This document shows, piece after piece, positions 38,801 through 48,300 of a stretch of DNA of 64,000 bases. Below the pieces are notes generated by a model. That model was not told the DNA's origin. It was given only the letters and a program-made list of their open reading frames with translations, and ran no database searches. Location of the stretch: positions 1-64,000 of the IMG/VR virus record IMGVR_UViG_3300044732_000737, one strand, 5' to 3'. The position numbers and the translations under genes were made by a program. Each line of letters begins with the position of its first letter. The first letter of the stretch is position 1. The stretch comes from a virus.

Positions 38801-40191
38801 CCAATTGCTTTTATTTTGTCAAATCTCACATTGCCAATAACAATTAATTTATTTTCTAAAAGACCTAGACTAGCTAAGAATTCTCTGAATGGCATTAGGA
38901 ATTTAACAATCTCTCGATAGTTTAAGGCATCTAATAATGCTGTACCAATCTCTACGTCACCTGAAAGTATTTTCCACCATCCTTGTAGACTAGTCAAGTC
39001 TGGGTCTTTAATTACTTGCACAAGATTAGCAATATTCTTTTGTAGTTCAGGTATAGATTTTGACAAGGCTATTCTTGATATTGCATCAAAAAAGTCAGAT
39101 TTATAATCTACGCCAAAGAATTGTAATGTTCTTCTAAATACAGCTGCAGTTGCTGTCAATACGCTTTTTAACCTTATAGACTCTTCTGTATAAAGTTTTA
39201 GGAATGCAATATTTAGATTAGCACCTAATTGAAGTTGTAAAAAGGATACAACTGGAATTAATCTTTTAATCTCAATACTTAATTGAGCAAACAATGGAGC
39301 TACTGATCTACCTAAATCTGCTGCAGTATCAATTGTGTTTTGAATACTAGCGGAAATAATAACTGCAGAGGTAACTATTGCATTTCTATTTTCAGCTATA
39401 ATATCTGCTGCTACACTAATTGCTTTAGCTATTCCAGGAGTTGTTCCTGTTTCAGTAAAAATTTCACCTAAAGTTAGTCCCGATATGTTTCTTATTTTTA
39501 ATAAAGATTGACTAATTGTTAATCCTACTTTTTCAAATTCAGCAGAGATTTGTTTAGATTGACTAGATAGTGCATCAAAAATAGCTTCGGTAGTTACTTT
39601 ACCTTCTTGAGCTAAAGCACGAAGCTCTCCAAGGCTTACCCCTAGGCCATCTGCGATAGCTCTAGCGAGTCTAGGTGTTTGTTCAAATACTGAGTTAAGC
39701 TCTTCTCCACGGAGAGTGCCTGACTGTAAACCCTGATTAAGCTGGGTTAAAGCTGCTTTAATAGAGTCTGCAGAACCACCAGAGACAATGCTTGCCTTCT
39801 GAATAGTATCTGTAATTTTTAAAATTTCACTAGAAGGCTTTTTAAGAGATTTTGCTAATCCCGAAAATACTTCTGTCGTTGATTCAATGCTTGTTCTTGT
39901 GTTTTGGGATATCTTAACAAGTTCTTGTTGAACTCGAATAAGCTCGCCCATATTATCTATACTTAATGAAAGTCTAGAATTTAATTGAACAAAAGAATCA
40001 GAGGTTTTCTGCACAACAGCTGCAAAGCTGAATCCTGCAACAACTCCTGCAACGCTCTTAGCGAGAGAGGCAATCGAATCTGCTGTCGATTTTGCTGTAT
40101 TCTCAATACCTTGGACTGACTTATTCAGTTTATTAAGGTCACGCTGGGCCTGTTGAGAATCAGAAGATATCGTAAATTGAATATCTGACAT
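32824..40191 (-). CDS. Tape measure protein (2455 aa)
   Basis: N-terminal tape-measure domain (ALTQLNQGLQSGTLRGEELNSVFEQTP...LRALAQEGK), long helical body, C-terminal GFAAGG...AHAGEVIL. Confidence 0.93.
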   Translation of the reverse strand: MSDIQFTISSDSQQAQRDLNKLNKSVQGIENTAKSTADSIASLAKSVAGVVAGFSFAAVVQKTSDSFVQLNSRLSLSIDNMGELIRVQQELVKISQNTRTSIESTTEVFSGLAKSLKKPSSEILKITDTIQKASIVSGGSADSIKAALTQLNQGLQSGTLRGEELNSVFEQTPRLARAIADGLGVSLGELRALAQEGKVTTEAIFDALSSQSKQISAEFEKVGLTISQSLLKIRNISGLTLGEIFTETGTTPGIAKAISVAADIIAENRNAIVTSAVIISASIQNTIDTAADLGRSVAPLFAQLSIEIKRLIPVVSFLQLQLGANLNIAFLKLYTEESIRLKSVLTATAAVFRRTLQFFGVDYKSDFFDAISRIALSKSIPELQKNIANLVQVIKDPDLTSLQGWWKILSGDVEIGTALLDALNYREIVKFLMPFREFLASLGLLENKLIVIGNVRFDKIKAIGDYVSEIIRLFDRLGAVIFQKFIIAFQLATQSVGSYLIELGRSFGGVLGNVSNTIGRFIFSLSGFSAYTEKFAVSVTNSLVLMVSSIGLLNINKFATGFQVSTKAVKNSIITLLDDTLRLFITFGIKFKDALSSSFSSNLFSSLSGFYKSATEQVGRGNAALVRAAAGIGMRARHNLGIELQYAGYYEESVKRIDKYTKLLNNVYLDIRAFGIKVKAVFFDIYDKVVGRSYWPDMVEGILDWSDKLVSEGTRKIKAFSSSVINLFSNLSRKDFSFGDFGGQITDTLSINSDSLEKAARVASTAVVGGIIASLVSPAALSTFVAVLGINLAKNLGSALENGLSSVFDFSIIGEIGKNLGSTLATLLKGAVEEIPSIIGAIISFSSGFINEFLGDLGLIGNGIKGILNLLTLGETGILPLMIFGVVGFDQITKQISEVSKGLGGILSSSATQKLTQESIIKRVFGDKVDVAFAVAGITALLSVFTKEVNFVQAAFVATPLLLTAILGRDVAGKILVDTVRSILLKITAMITAQTAGSSVLQNMFARLFDNGTVAGTILTNAKSTIAKLFTGIKRVTDEERKKSFLAGGLSLSDFIFGPKAGMKGGFTAADFSMAGAGMDKDMFSNFTKTAKESADKAASATKTGDSLLKALILGSKPDGVTYSFGSYVNTASSIAKEAANDVSKNTILNSATGLNAASKIKAELDLFLEFVKGKFTGLAGLGATFGTTGAIGKILFGKAGTVIALSALITLFTTEAKAGVMDIAATVSNYALEGGLLGWFLLSSSSVRAGVSKAFEFVLKQFGLLKDAALMGPSNKVSWLARLIPILTGTAAAATGVITLFGALIYTIGDGDTFTEKFSDGLRKTTNTLIEFTTGIKEAIPRAIQEFSQFEKFSKRATNISNNLKQINPELSTKFNNSSDQISLKYINPKDVSEFTSLSKAIEKSIGAAKEESKELGEVSEKTTKQIETLLNRYEKFSERVSKTQGQDIAFDARIATLNFKAEPAKVEKSILKLAAEVSQVATSALARVVAYPLDALYNFFAFPFNELFDANIAYGFFTNFGQRIGLILNGDQSAEIFSDWSKRLTNSIRTDVSYLGQDIIDSAALIDFAFQEFADIGKGDLLGEERQQLVASINKTAQARDEALKNLRNAEGFRGFFLSPEERAQQRADIQQAKEELEKAVKDYAAVATRARDVKVRNIEVTVFQGDIKNLKENLDALKISYDANGVFNVEDLPGLKDKVEKLKQLQAQLLKTKDATEASNINAAISDIKIDVSLQLEKGASDTIKYQIETALKTANISGVNWVDLLNLGERQFTALYDRIRNVGVLTKELEAARIGEDFKKAESLAQRIRLETVGITYQLNQAKAASSGFADALLNLNFNALSDFSKIYSAPLKDQQKLVSLITEANQLQLQASQIENTTVGGRGDLDKVRKQIAARGKVVTEEIRKIREGFTPKPKEKEKTALENLEDQLNKSNVKSKIDDVIKSKIPLTEVINDLTKIGITISNINSLPKSKTGLPLDLVKAGEFKETLDKQIKEFDDKVSPKTLNNTFTELFRFSPDLLDKSFGELSAETIGKITAISKDIETALDQKYDPSKSLLANLLDFSKNKATIKAKTEEASKLLGLSLKDALASLNIDLADYLSYDAKTRENILALTKKIIDEEEKIKNLQTKGATQANLDERARAEQRKKNLERQRKELLTANTLGKQAALLGLDLTVILGLDEAKKNKLIKDRIELDKLNEKISNNQLLEGETLQGLIARRAVLIEQERQITDERSRQQSLQQAFLGQGKTLISDILKGKDNAGKAFFDAFSNTVIDNFSNQIGDFLFRDISKSLGQSLGTSIFGELGSSEAKPMYVKITQGLEGLIGNKDGILGGFADKLKVFGSGIGDFFSKGFSGLSSFFSFLPGFAAGGVIPGNMGSATPVLAHAGEVILNEAQQARVASAMSNQNQQVINLNITGDISRQTKSEIYRMLPSIAEGVNSHNREKGLR

Positions 40192-40207
40192 GATTTCTCC
40201 TTAAGTT

Positions 40208-40246
40208 AAAAAAGCCCTTAATATGTTTTTAGGCACATCAAGGGCT
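40208..40246 (-). terminator. Intrinsic terminator-like hairpin upstream of TMP
   Basis: 13-bp stem AGCCCTTGATGTG/CATATTAAGGGCT followed by a T-run. Confidence 0.75.
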
Positions 40247-40255
40247 AGGGAATGG

Positions 40256-40609
40256 TTATTCAATTGTGAAACCATTTTGTAAAATTGTATTTTCAATAAA
40301 GTATGGAGCAGCCTGTCTAGAGTGTCCAGCATTCAAATATACAATATAACCAGCATCATTAGATACTGTGTATTTCTTTCCAAAAAGATTGAAGAGTAAT
40401 GGGGAATACTTAACATTATAAGCTAATCCCGGTGAATTCAAAGTATTTAAACTCCATCTACTTCTTGCATATCCTGTATCGATAGGTGTAGCAAGGACAA
40501 GCTCTTCGACTAGTTTATTTATTCTTTCTTCAGACTCTATATTAACTGTATCACTCATCTTTTTTATAAGTGATCCAAGTAGAGTTTTACTCCCTGTGAT
40601 CTTGATCAT
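40256..40609 (-). CDS. HK97 gp10-like tail completion protein (start MIKITG at 40609)
   Basis: TPIDTGYARSRW...YIVYLNAGHSRQAAPYFIE. Confidence 0.8.
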   Translation of the reverse strand: MIKITGSKTLLGSLIKKMSDTVNIESEERINKLVEELVLATPIDTGYARSRWSLNTLNSPGLAYNVKYSPLLFNLFGKKYTVSNDAGYIVYLNAGHSRQAAPYFIENTILQNGFTIE

Positions 40610-40973
40610 CGATAGATACCTCCCATTTAATATTCTCTGATACTGCAGCTTGTTGCAACCTAGCGAATAATCCAGAGGAAACAAGAGTACGGCTTAACCT
40701 TCTCTCTTCGGCTTCTCGATCAGCTACCTTCTTTATTTGGGCTAAAGAATTAAATAATGCCTCTGGTTTTTGTTTAACACCTTGAGCGGCTAATAACATA
40801 TACGCTCTATTGTCATTTCTCCAACCAATAGGTCTTTCTTTAAAATACAATAGCCAATTTACTAACTCATCATATGGCATTTCACTTGTCAGTTGGTATA
40901 CTGGCATTTTTAAATGAAATGCTAATTCATAGATTTCTAATAAATCAGCAGGAATTGTATTTACTTCTTGACG
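40587..40973 (-). CDS. Tail assembly chaperone extension (lambda gpT-like), reached by -1 frameshift
   Basis: Frame is open from the slippery site (RQEVNTIPADLLEIYELAFHLKMPVYQL...) into ORF 40587-40907. Confidence 0.8.
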   Translation of the reverse strand, partial: RQEVNTIPADLLEIYELAFHLKMPVYQLTSEMPYDELVNWLLYFKERPIGWRNDNRAYMLLAAQGVKQKPEALFNSLAQIKKVADREAEERRLSRTLVSSGLFARLQQAAVSENIKWEVSIDDQDHRE

Positions 40974-41248
40974 TTTCCCAAGCCTGAGAATTCAAGAATA
41001 TCACTAGATAAACGGCTTAGTTCTTCTAGTGGGAATTGTTCAATTTCGTCTGAAGAAAGGCTATCTGCACCTTCTACAGCGTTAGTGATTACGAAAGACA
41101 GTACTTCCATGCTATTATCTTTCTCACCTGCATTTTGTGTAAGTTCTTGGATTGCCATAACTTGTGCTACGGTTAGCTTGTTGATTACAACTTCTTCTCC
41201 AAGAAATTTAACTTTCTTAGTCATTTTCTTACCGATTAAATGTTTCAT
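40961..41248 (-). CDS. Tail assembly chaperone (lambda gpG-like)
   Basis: Position upstream of TMP; EVVINKLTV motif; slippery site at its 3' end. Confidence 0.85.
   Translation of the reverse strand: MKHLIGKKMTKKVKFLGEEVVINKLTVAQVMAIQELTQNAGEKDNSMEVLSFVITNAVEGADSLSSDEIEQFPLEELSRLSSDILEFSGLGNVKK
40973..40979 (-). other. -1 programmed ribosomal frameshift heptamer G GGA AAC
   Basis: X XXY YYZ heptamer in the correct phase, three codons before the stop of 40961-41248. Confidence 0.85.
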
Positions 41249-41265
41249 TTTATATTTCCTTACTT

Positions 41266-41511
41266 TTACTTATTATCACTAAATAGATGTTTGTTGTTCT
41301 CTTGAAAATCATCTAATACCTTGCGTACAGTATGTAACACCGATAATGTTTCCATAATCTCTTTACCTACTTGACTATCCTTATCGAAGTCTTGAAACCT
41401 CTCAAATGATTTACGAATACTAATATCAACACTACGTCTCATATGACGGAATGTAGTTTTCATAACAAATGATTTACTGAATGGTGGTTTATCTTCTTTA
41501 TTATCAACCAT
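41266..41511 (-). CDS. Hypothetical protein between major tail protein and chaperone
   Basis: AAGGA RBS; first gene after promoter 41563-41579. Confidence 0.7.
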   Translation of the reverse strand: MVDNKEDKPPFSKSFVMKTTFRHMRRSVDISIRKSFERFQDFDKDSQVGKEIMETLSVLHTVRKVLDDFQENNKHLFSDNK

Positions 41512-41562
41512 AATTATCCTTAAATACTATATAATACTACCTAGGGGAGGCCTCAGATCTCT

Positions 41563-41579
41563 CTTTAGCGTCCCCTGGT
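41563..41579 (-). promoter_or_regulatory. Putative phage RNAP promoter ACCAGGGGACGCTAAAG(AGAGA)
   Basis: Intergenic copy of the motif abutting the upstream terminator. Confidence 0.85.
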
Positions 41580-41601
41580 AAAAAGGGGAAATTAATCCCC
41601 T
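41580..41601 (-). terminator. Intrinsic terminator after the major tail protein
   Basis: AGGGGA-TTAATT-TCCCCT-TTTT. Confidence 0.75.
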
Positions 41602-41607
41602 AAGCCA

Positions 41608-42159
41608 TTAAGATGCGTTTACAGTTGCTGGACCGTAGAACTGGCTTTGTACAGACAAAGTCAAAGTTGCTTGGTTAGCGTCTGTTAACTGTGGGCTTAC
41701 TAGCAAAGCTTCTAACTTACCAACGAAGTAGAAGTTAGAGTTAGCACCAGCACCTAAACCCAATGCGTTAGTCTCAAGACTAGCTGGCTTGGAGTTCAAG
41801 AGGGAGAACTGGAAAGCATATTGCTTACCGTCACCAACTCTAGCACCTAGACCACCTACAGTTGTAGGATCCCACTCGGAAGGCACGTAGTTAATCGTGA
41901 GTTCGAGGTTAGGAGCGTCAGATTGACCTTGAATCTGCTGTGATGTTGCTGAACCATAAACAGGAACGTTAACAATGTTAGCAGGAGTACCGATTTGTGG
42001 GAACTCACGAACGTTCTTGATTTCTTTGAATGCTGTATCATCAGCAAACAAAGCTACTAATTCTGATAGCGTATCAGCTGAAGTAATATTTGTGATAGCG
42101 GTAGTATTAACTGCGAGAGCAGAAAAGATACCAGCGCCAATTGAAGTAATGTGTGCCAT
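41608..42159 (-). CDS. Major tail tube protein
   Basis: EIKNVREFPQIGTPANIVNVPVYG...IQGQSDAPNLELTINYVP; position in the tail module. Confidence 0.88.
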   Translation of the reverse strand: MAHITSIGAGIFSALAVNTTAITNITSADTLSELVALFADDTAFKEIKNVREFPQIGTPANIVNVPVYGSATSQQIQGQSDAPNLELTINYVPSEWDPTTVGGLGARVGDGKQYAFQFSLLNSKPASLETNALGLGAGANSNFYFVGKLEALLVSPQLTDANQATLTLSVQSQFYGPATVNAS

Positions 42160-42164
42160 GTTAT

Positions 42165-42566
42165 TTATTCTCCATAAGCTTTAAAATTTATTGAATAATC
42201 ACCACGATAAAGAGATTTATCTGCGGGATCAAGGCCAAGCTTTACTAAAGTGCTTGTGCCAAATTGGGTTCCATTTGTCAAAGTCTTCCCTTGAAAAAAT
42301 GAATCTATTGAGTCAGCAATGCTAAACAGTTGAGCATCACCGTTTCCTGCTTTAACAAAAATCGAAAGGATTAGCATCCCAGATAATTTTTTCTTAAGTC
42401 CATGAGCATCAACAGTAGACTTGCCAGGTAATATTGTTATTCTGATAAATGCAGAGGAACTATCAATAGCTCCGCTATAATTATCAGGATAAGCTTTATA
42501 ACCAGTAGCAGTCCAAGCAGAAGATGCAAATACACCATAAACATCTGATTTTAATTTACTGAACAT
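42165..42566 (-). CDS. Tail terminator-like protein
   Basis: Position before the major tail protein; SGMLILSIFVKAGNG...ADSIDSFFQGKT. Confidence 0.7.
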   Translation of the reverse strand: MFSKLKSDVYGVFASSAWTATGYKAYPDNYSGAIDSSSAFIRITILPGKSTVDAHGLKKKLSGMLILSIFVKAGNGDAQLFSIADSIDSFFQGKTLTNGTQFGTSTLVKLGLDPADKSLYRGDYSINFKAYGE

Positions 42567-42567
42567 A

Positions 42568-42912
42568 TTAAACTCCCGCTAAAGAGAGTACAACTATGAA
42601 CTCATCCTTTGAAATAATATTACAACCGTATTCTACGGAATCAATTGTTACCCGAGAGTAGCGACTGAAATTAATTGTTTTATCATTTTTAATTGTAAGA
42701 GAAGTTGTTGTTACAGGAATTCCAGACTCATAAGTTTTAGACATACTTAAAAAACCAATGGTTGTGTAAGCTTGGTCTGTCTTAACTATTGAACCTGTGC
42801 TAAAACTAAATCCACTAACGATTTTATTGTCAAAAGTAACAGATACAGATAGATCTTTTAATTTTTCAAAAGCAGTATCTACGGATCCTTGTACTTTTGA
42901 TTTGAGAGACAT
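42568..42912 (-). CDS. Head-tail joining (closure) protein
   Basis: Size and position. Confidence 0.6.
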   Translation of the reverse strand: MSLKSKVQGSVDTAFEKLKDLSVSVTFDNKIVSGFSFSTGSIVKTDQAYTTIGFLSMSKTYESGIPVTTTSLTIKNDKTINFSRYSRVTIDSVEYGCNIISKDEFIVVLSLAGV

Positions 42913-43410
42913 TTAGTTTGCCCTCCACCATTGGCTAGAGCCTTGGTTTACTAAAAGTGGTTTTAGGTATTTCTTAACAAGACTAGGAACAACGGGTGTT
43001 CTAGTTGTGTCATTATTACTATCTTTCAATGTAATCGTACCAATAGAAATTTCTTCAAAGTTTTGAGATTTATTATCTAACAAATTTTCATTAGACAATA
43101 AATGATGAGCCATTTCTAAAACAGCTTGTTTCATTCTTTTTGGAATTTCAGATTCACCATAAGTAATACTTCGCCCTAATCTAGGATCAAAAGTTGAAGC
43201 CCCTTTACGAGGCCACGCAAGACTCTGTGTGGAACTGACAGCAACACCAATAAATTGATTTTCATCAAGTAAAAGAGTTGCAGTCACTAATGCTGACTCT
43301 TGGTCATCATCCTGAGCATTTATCCATGCACCCGCATCAATACGAGTATCAAAGTATGCTTCAGCTTCGACCATAGTTACATATGTGTTTGTACCTAGGA
43401 CTAGTGCCAT
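42913..43410 (-). CDS. Head-tail adaptor (DnaT-like family)
   Basis: TNTYVTMVEAEAYF...ALVTAT...QSLAWPR...IPKRMKQAVLEMA. Confidence 0.85.
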   Translation of the reverse strand: MALVLGTNTYVTMVEAEAYFDTRIDAGAWINAQDDDQESALVTATLLLDENQFIGVAVSSTQSLAWPRKGASTFDPRLGRSITYGESEIPKRMKQAVLEMAHHLLSNENLLDNKSQNFEEISIGTITLKDSNNDTTRTPVVPSLVKKYLKPLLVNQGSSQWWRAN

Positions 43411-43427
43411 CAGTTCCTCCTAATGGA

Positions 43428-44519
43428 TTAAGCGTGGAGAATAGGTAGAATACCTAAGTTCAATGCGCTCATCTTACGTGCCCATGAACCAGCAGTGGCA
43501 TAATTAGCGTTGCTAGCGAAGGCATTAGTAGCGCCAGCCCAGTCGTAACCCATTGGGTGTACAACGAAACCATAGCGATACCAGATAGCGGTAGAACCAC
43601 CACCAGTATAAGAAGCAGCTGAACGATCAACTTCAACAGGTGTAGGAACAGCAATGTTTGTAAAGCTGATAGCACCTGGCTTGCAGATGAATGTGGTCTT
43701 TACAGAACGGTCATTTACGTTAGCAGAGGCAGACAAGTCACCTTGAGCAACACGGCTCAAGATCAAACGGAACTTACCACCGAACACGGTTTGGAATGTC
43801 AAGTTACCATCGGTAACAGTTGTGACATCAACCAAGTTAGCAGCACGCAACTCAGCCAACACTTCAGGTGAAGTGATCATGTACATGAAGTCTGGCTCAT
43901 AATCCTTAAAGCCCATACCTAGAGCTTGGAATAAACGCTGACCACGAGCAGCACCAATAGCTGTAGCGTCAAACAGCTTACGCTGATCAGATGCAGAAGT
44001 AGCAGCAGCACCAAAGGTACCGGCAGCGTTAATATCTACGAAGCTACCAACACCAGCGCCATCAGCGTCTGTGTCATAACCAACGATACCAGCACCACGA
44101 GAAACTTCGTATGCAGCTACACCTTTAAGTGTGGCGATAACGGCATCAGACTCGTCTTGGCTACGAACTTCAGAGAAGTCACGAGCAATCTTAGAGAGGC
44201 CATCTTGTTGTGAAACAACTTGTTGTAGATTGACTTGCTCAGAACCAAAGGTACGAACTGTCTTAATGTAGTCAGCAATTTCGGTAGACACATCAGTGTA
44301 AGTACCTGCATTGGCGACAGAGAGGCTAGCAACGTTAATGTTAGCTGCCAAAGGCTTGTACCAGCGCATTTGACCAATGAAGCTTTCGCCTGTTGGGTCA
44401 ATACGGGCATCAGTACCAACGATGCCAGTGCTGTTAAGCTTCTTGGCATTTGTGTACATTTCGTCAGCGTATGCAGAAATAGCAATAGCTACGTTTTGGA
44501 ACATTGTATGATTAATCAT
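43428..44519 (-). CDS. Major capsid protein
   Basis: 363 aa, after the scaffold, strongly biased codons, C-terminal PVEVDR...GGG...HPMGYDW...W.RK. Confidence 0.9.
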   Translation of the reverse strand: MINHTMFQNVAIAISAYADEMYTNAKKLNSTGIVGTDARIDPTGESFIGQMRWYKPLAANINVASLSVANAGTYTDVSTEIADYIKTVRTFGSEQVNLQQVVSQQDGLSKIARDFSEVRSQDESDAVIATLKGVAAYEVSRGAGIVGYDTDADGAGVGSFVDINAAGTFGAAATSASDQRKLFDATAIGAARGQRLFQALGMGFKDYEPDFMYMITSPEVLAELRAANLVDVTTVTDGNLTFQTVFGGKFRLILSRVAQGDLSASANVNDRSVKTTFICKPGAISFTNIAVPTPVEVDRSAASYTGGGSTAIWYRYGFVVHPMGYDWAGATNAFASNANYATAGSWARKMSALNLGILPILHA

Positions 44520-44539
44520 TTAAAAAATCTCCTGTGATT

Positions 44540-45235
44540 TTAAAAGGTGAAGCTACCAAGCTTTCCACCTGCGGCAAGTGCTAACACTTCCTCGGTGGTC
44601 ATTTCAGTAATCTTCTTGTTGGGATCGAGTTTGGGAGTACCGTTCATATTGTTACTACCACCCCCTGAATTAGATTTAGGTTTAAATAGGAAGGAATTAT
44701 CTTCATTCTTCACATATTGTCCTACAAAATCTTTGATTGATACACCTGATTTATGAATCCATGCACCAGTCTCTGGATCTTGGATGAGTTGATCGATAAT
44801 ATCACGATAAGCCATTTGGCTAGATCGGTCATTACGGAAATCAAGGTTAGTTAATGCATTGCGAACTGCACCATCTCTAGTGAGTTCAGTTACTTTGCTT
44901 TCGGCCAACGCAAGCTTCTCAGTGAGTTCTGCGAGCTTCATCTCAGCAACTTCTTTATGCTTACCTTCGTCCTCCAAAGCTTTCATCTTACGTTGTTTAG
45001 CTTCATCTTCTAAACGAACACGCTCTTTAACAGCATTGTCACGTTCTTGATATGCTTTATCTAAACTAACTTTAATTTTAGAAAGACGCTCTTCAACCAA
45101 ACGGTTAATCATGTCTTCTGTATCTTTGTTGTTAGTACCGCCTCCACCAGTATCAACCTGATCGGCTTGAAACTCTGGGTTAGGTGTGGTACCATCATCG
45201 AGGAACTCTTTGTTTCCGAACTTATCTACTTTCAT
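44540..45235 (-). CDS. Capsid scaffolding protein
   Basis: Charged coiled coil, FLFKPKSNSGGG, directly upstream of MCP. Confidence 0.85.
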   Translation of the reverse strand: MKVDKFGNKEFLDDGTTPNPEFQADQVDTGGGGTNNKDTEDMINRLVEERLSKIKVSLDKAYQERDNAVKERVRLEDEAKQRKMKALEDEGKHKEVAEMKLAELTEKLALAESKVTELTRDGAVRNALTNLDFRNDRSSQMAYRDIIDQLIQDPETGAWIHKSGVSIKDFVGQYVKNEDNSFLFKPKSNSGGGSNNMNGTPKLDPNKKITEMTTEEVLALAAGGKLGSFTF

Positions 45236-45301
45236 CTTTGTTTTCCTTTGGCACAGCCATTTAATTTTAATTTTTTAGGGTTTAGTTACAAACTTAAACT
45301 C

Positions 45302-48300
45302 TTACGGTCCAATACCATACCAATCCATACCTTTAGGTATAGGAGCTAGTATATCTTTTCTCGTAATTTTGTTGCGAGGATTTAGTAAGCCATCCTCAAT
45401 AGCTTTTTGGCGAAGTCGATTGTATGTTTCATTTGACATACCTTCTTCTTTTAGTGCCAGTAATGTTTTCTCTATTGTCTCACCTTCTAAAGCATCTGCA
45501 TAGATTTCTCTAAGAGCTACTTTGGACTTTGCTGCTTGTCCTATGTTGGTGAAGAAAGCATCGTGAATCGTTGCGGTTTCAATACCACTTTTACGACCCC
45601 ATAAATGAAATCTTCTTACAATAGCGGCATCATTCATGTGGTTACCGTTAACCCCCATGCCAATGCCAGCCCTTTGGAGGCTTGATTTTCCTAGAAGTGA
45701 AGCATCTTCTGCTCGATCTTCGTAAATATTACGGACCATCCTGTTAGCTTCTTTGTCATAGAACTCAATGCTAGTTTGGATTTTAGGTCTGTATCTCTGG
45801 TATAAAGTCTTACCATCAAATGTTACCCAAGGTACATCGACCTTCTGAGTTTCATCAACGTAAGCTTTAGCAGCTTCTTTCCAGAATTGTACGAATTTTT
45901 GAGTTACTGGTGCTCTCTCAGCTAGTCTCCGAGACATAATCTCTGACACTGCCTTGAAGTCTTGAGGACCAATTAGTCCCTTACGAGCATTCATTAACTT
46001 ATCGACAAACGCTTCTACGTCTGGGTGAGAATCACGAGCGTGTGCTAAAAGTTCTTGCCCCACAGAGGTTTCACCTTCAACAACTTCGTTTAACTCACGT
46101 TTTAATTGTTTAAGACCAAATACGACATTTTCAGCTCCTAGCCTATCTGCCTCTTTAATCTTTGCATCTATAATATTAGTTACTCCACGAAGTTCTTCAC
46201 GGGTAACAACAGTATATCCTTTTGTCTCTAACACTGAAGCAAACTTAGCTTCAATATTAGCTGCTTGTGTTGCTTTACCTGCACCATAGAAAGAAACCAT
46301 GTTTTGTGCTTTTGCAGCCTTTTGAAGATCTGTCCACTGAACATTAGCATCTCTCAATCCTTGTATTTTCTGAAACTCTGGATCAGACACTGTATCCATA
46401 GCTACTAAGTCATACAAACGATTTTTTTGTAATGTAGGTAATACGTTTGAGTTGATTGAAATATCTCTATCCCCAGTACTTAATCCGATGATCTGAGCAC
46501 CAGAGGATGAAGCATCATTCTCAATCATTAATTTTGTCTTATATGTCGCTAGTTTATTTACATCAGTAAAGTCACCACCTACATGATCATATATACGAGC
46601 ATACTCAATAGCTAGTCTGGAGATTTTTGGAATCTCTTCTGCCTCAGTAGCTCTGATAATAGGATGCTCTAGAAATTCCCTGATACGCCTATCACGTTGG
46701 GTAGTTTCCCTCATTAGGCGACCTAAACTTAAAATATCTCTTTGATTTCTCATAAAGATTTCCATCCGACCTGCTTGTGTTAACGCCTCAGTAGCTGGAC
46801 CAATCATAGAACCAGTTTGAATCATTAACTCCTGAACAATTTCAGGTGTAACGGCCTCTGCCTTAGCAGTATTCAAGAACGGACGAACAACTTCACCACC
46901 AGTAGGTGTTAAGAAACCTTGATAGTAAACACGACCACGACCATCGATATTAGCAACAACGCTAAATGGCTTTCCAGTATCTCGATGATACTTTACAGTC
47001 TGCATAAAGCTATATCCCTGATCTCCACGAGTCAAAATAAGTTTTCTAAAGTCATTTAAGTCATCATACTTTTTTACATTTCCACGAGGATCTCTAAAGC
47101 GAACAACATCTTCCATAAATCCAGCATACTCATTATCAACCTCATATTTCACTGACATTGTGTGATTAAGCATATCAGCAAAATCACGATCAATTAGTAC
47201 TCTGTCATAATTAGCATTAGCTCTACGTGTAATAATCGGAATACCTGTGTTATTGCCTCTAGCATCAAAATAAGTCTTAGCTCCAGGTCTTACATAAAGC
47301 TTATCTCTATCAGAGTTAATACCAATTCGTTTTGCTAATAAAGCACTACGATTAGCCCTTTGTAAGTTGAGCATATCTTTATTTAAGATCTGAACTTCAC
47401 GACTAACAGTATCTCTCCAAGGACCACTAGCACGACCAGTCTCAAGATCAACAACTGATCTCCTAGTCTTGCCACGCATAAGTACACGGATGTAGCCTTT
47501 GTCTTTTAATGCTGTAAGAATCTGCGATCCATCAGCATGGTAGTCTTGTAGTGTAGGCTTAAAGAATGGGAAGTCTGCGACATTCCAAGATTCTCTTAGT
47601 GTTTTACCTACATTAATTGCCAATGAATCGTAGTCAGTTGACTTACCATCAGCAACAACAGTCAATACCTTTGATAAGGTATCAATTGCTTTCTTGTCGT
47701 TTAAACCGCCCTCTACTAATTGATTTAAATAACTTTGTCTTCGTTTACCGAATAAAAACTCTAAGTCCACAATCTTACGATAGTCTTCTCTTCTGTTTCT
47801 TAAGAATTCATCAATTAATCTTTCACTAGGTACTTTGTCTTTAAAAAAGAGTTTAGCTCCAGGAACATTACTTAACAAGAATTTAACTACTTTGTCTTTG
47901 AAGTTATCAACACCAATTCTGGGAGCACCTCTAAACCAAGTATATACAGGAGTTCTTCCAGTATAATACAAAGATCTAGCTAATGGCCTACCTTCTGTAG
48001 TAGCCCAATTACGAACATAACGTTGATTATCAATATTATTTTCGATAATCTCGTCAAATGTATAGTACTTACCAAAGATCTGAACTTTAGCTGGCTCTCC
48101 AGCGACCCCATAAGAATCAAACTGCTGAGATCTAGCTCTTGATCTACGATCTAAAATACGGCTTGTGTTAACTACAGAATATTGCATTTCACCACGAGTA
48201 ACATTCATAAAGTTAACCCATGGTTGCTTATCGTTATTGTATCGCTCAAAAATAACACGTAGATTCTCTGCAATAGCAGTCTGTTGATTTACAGATACTG

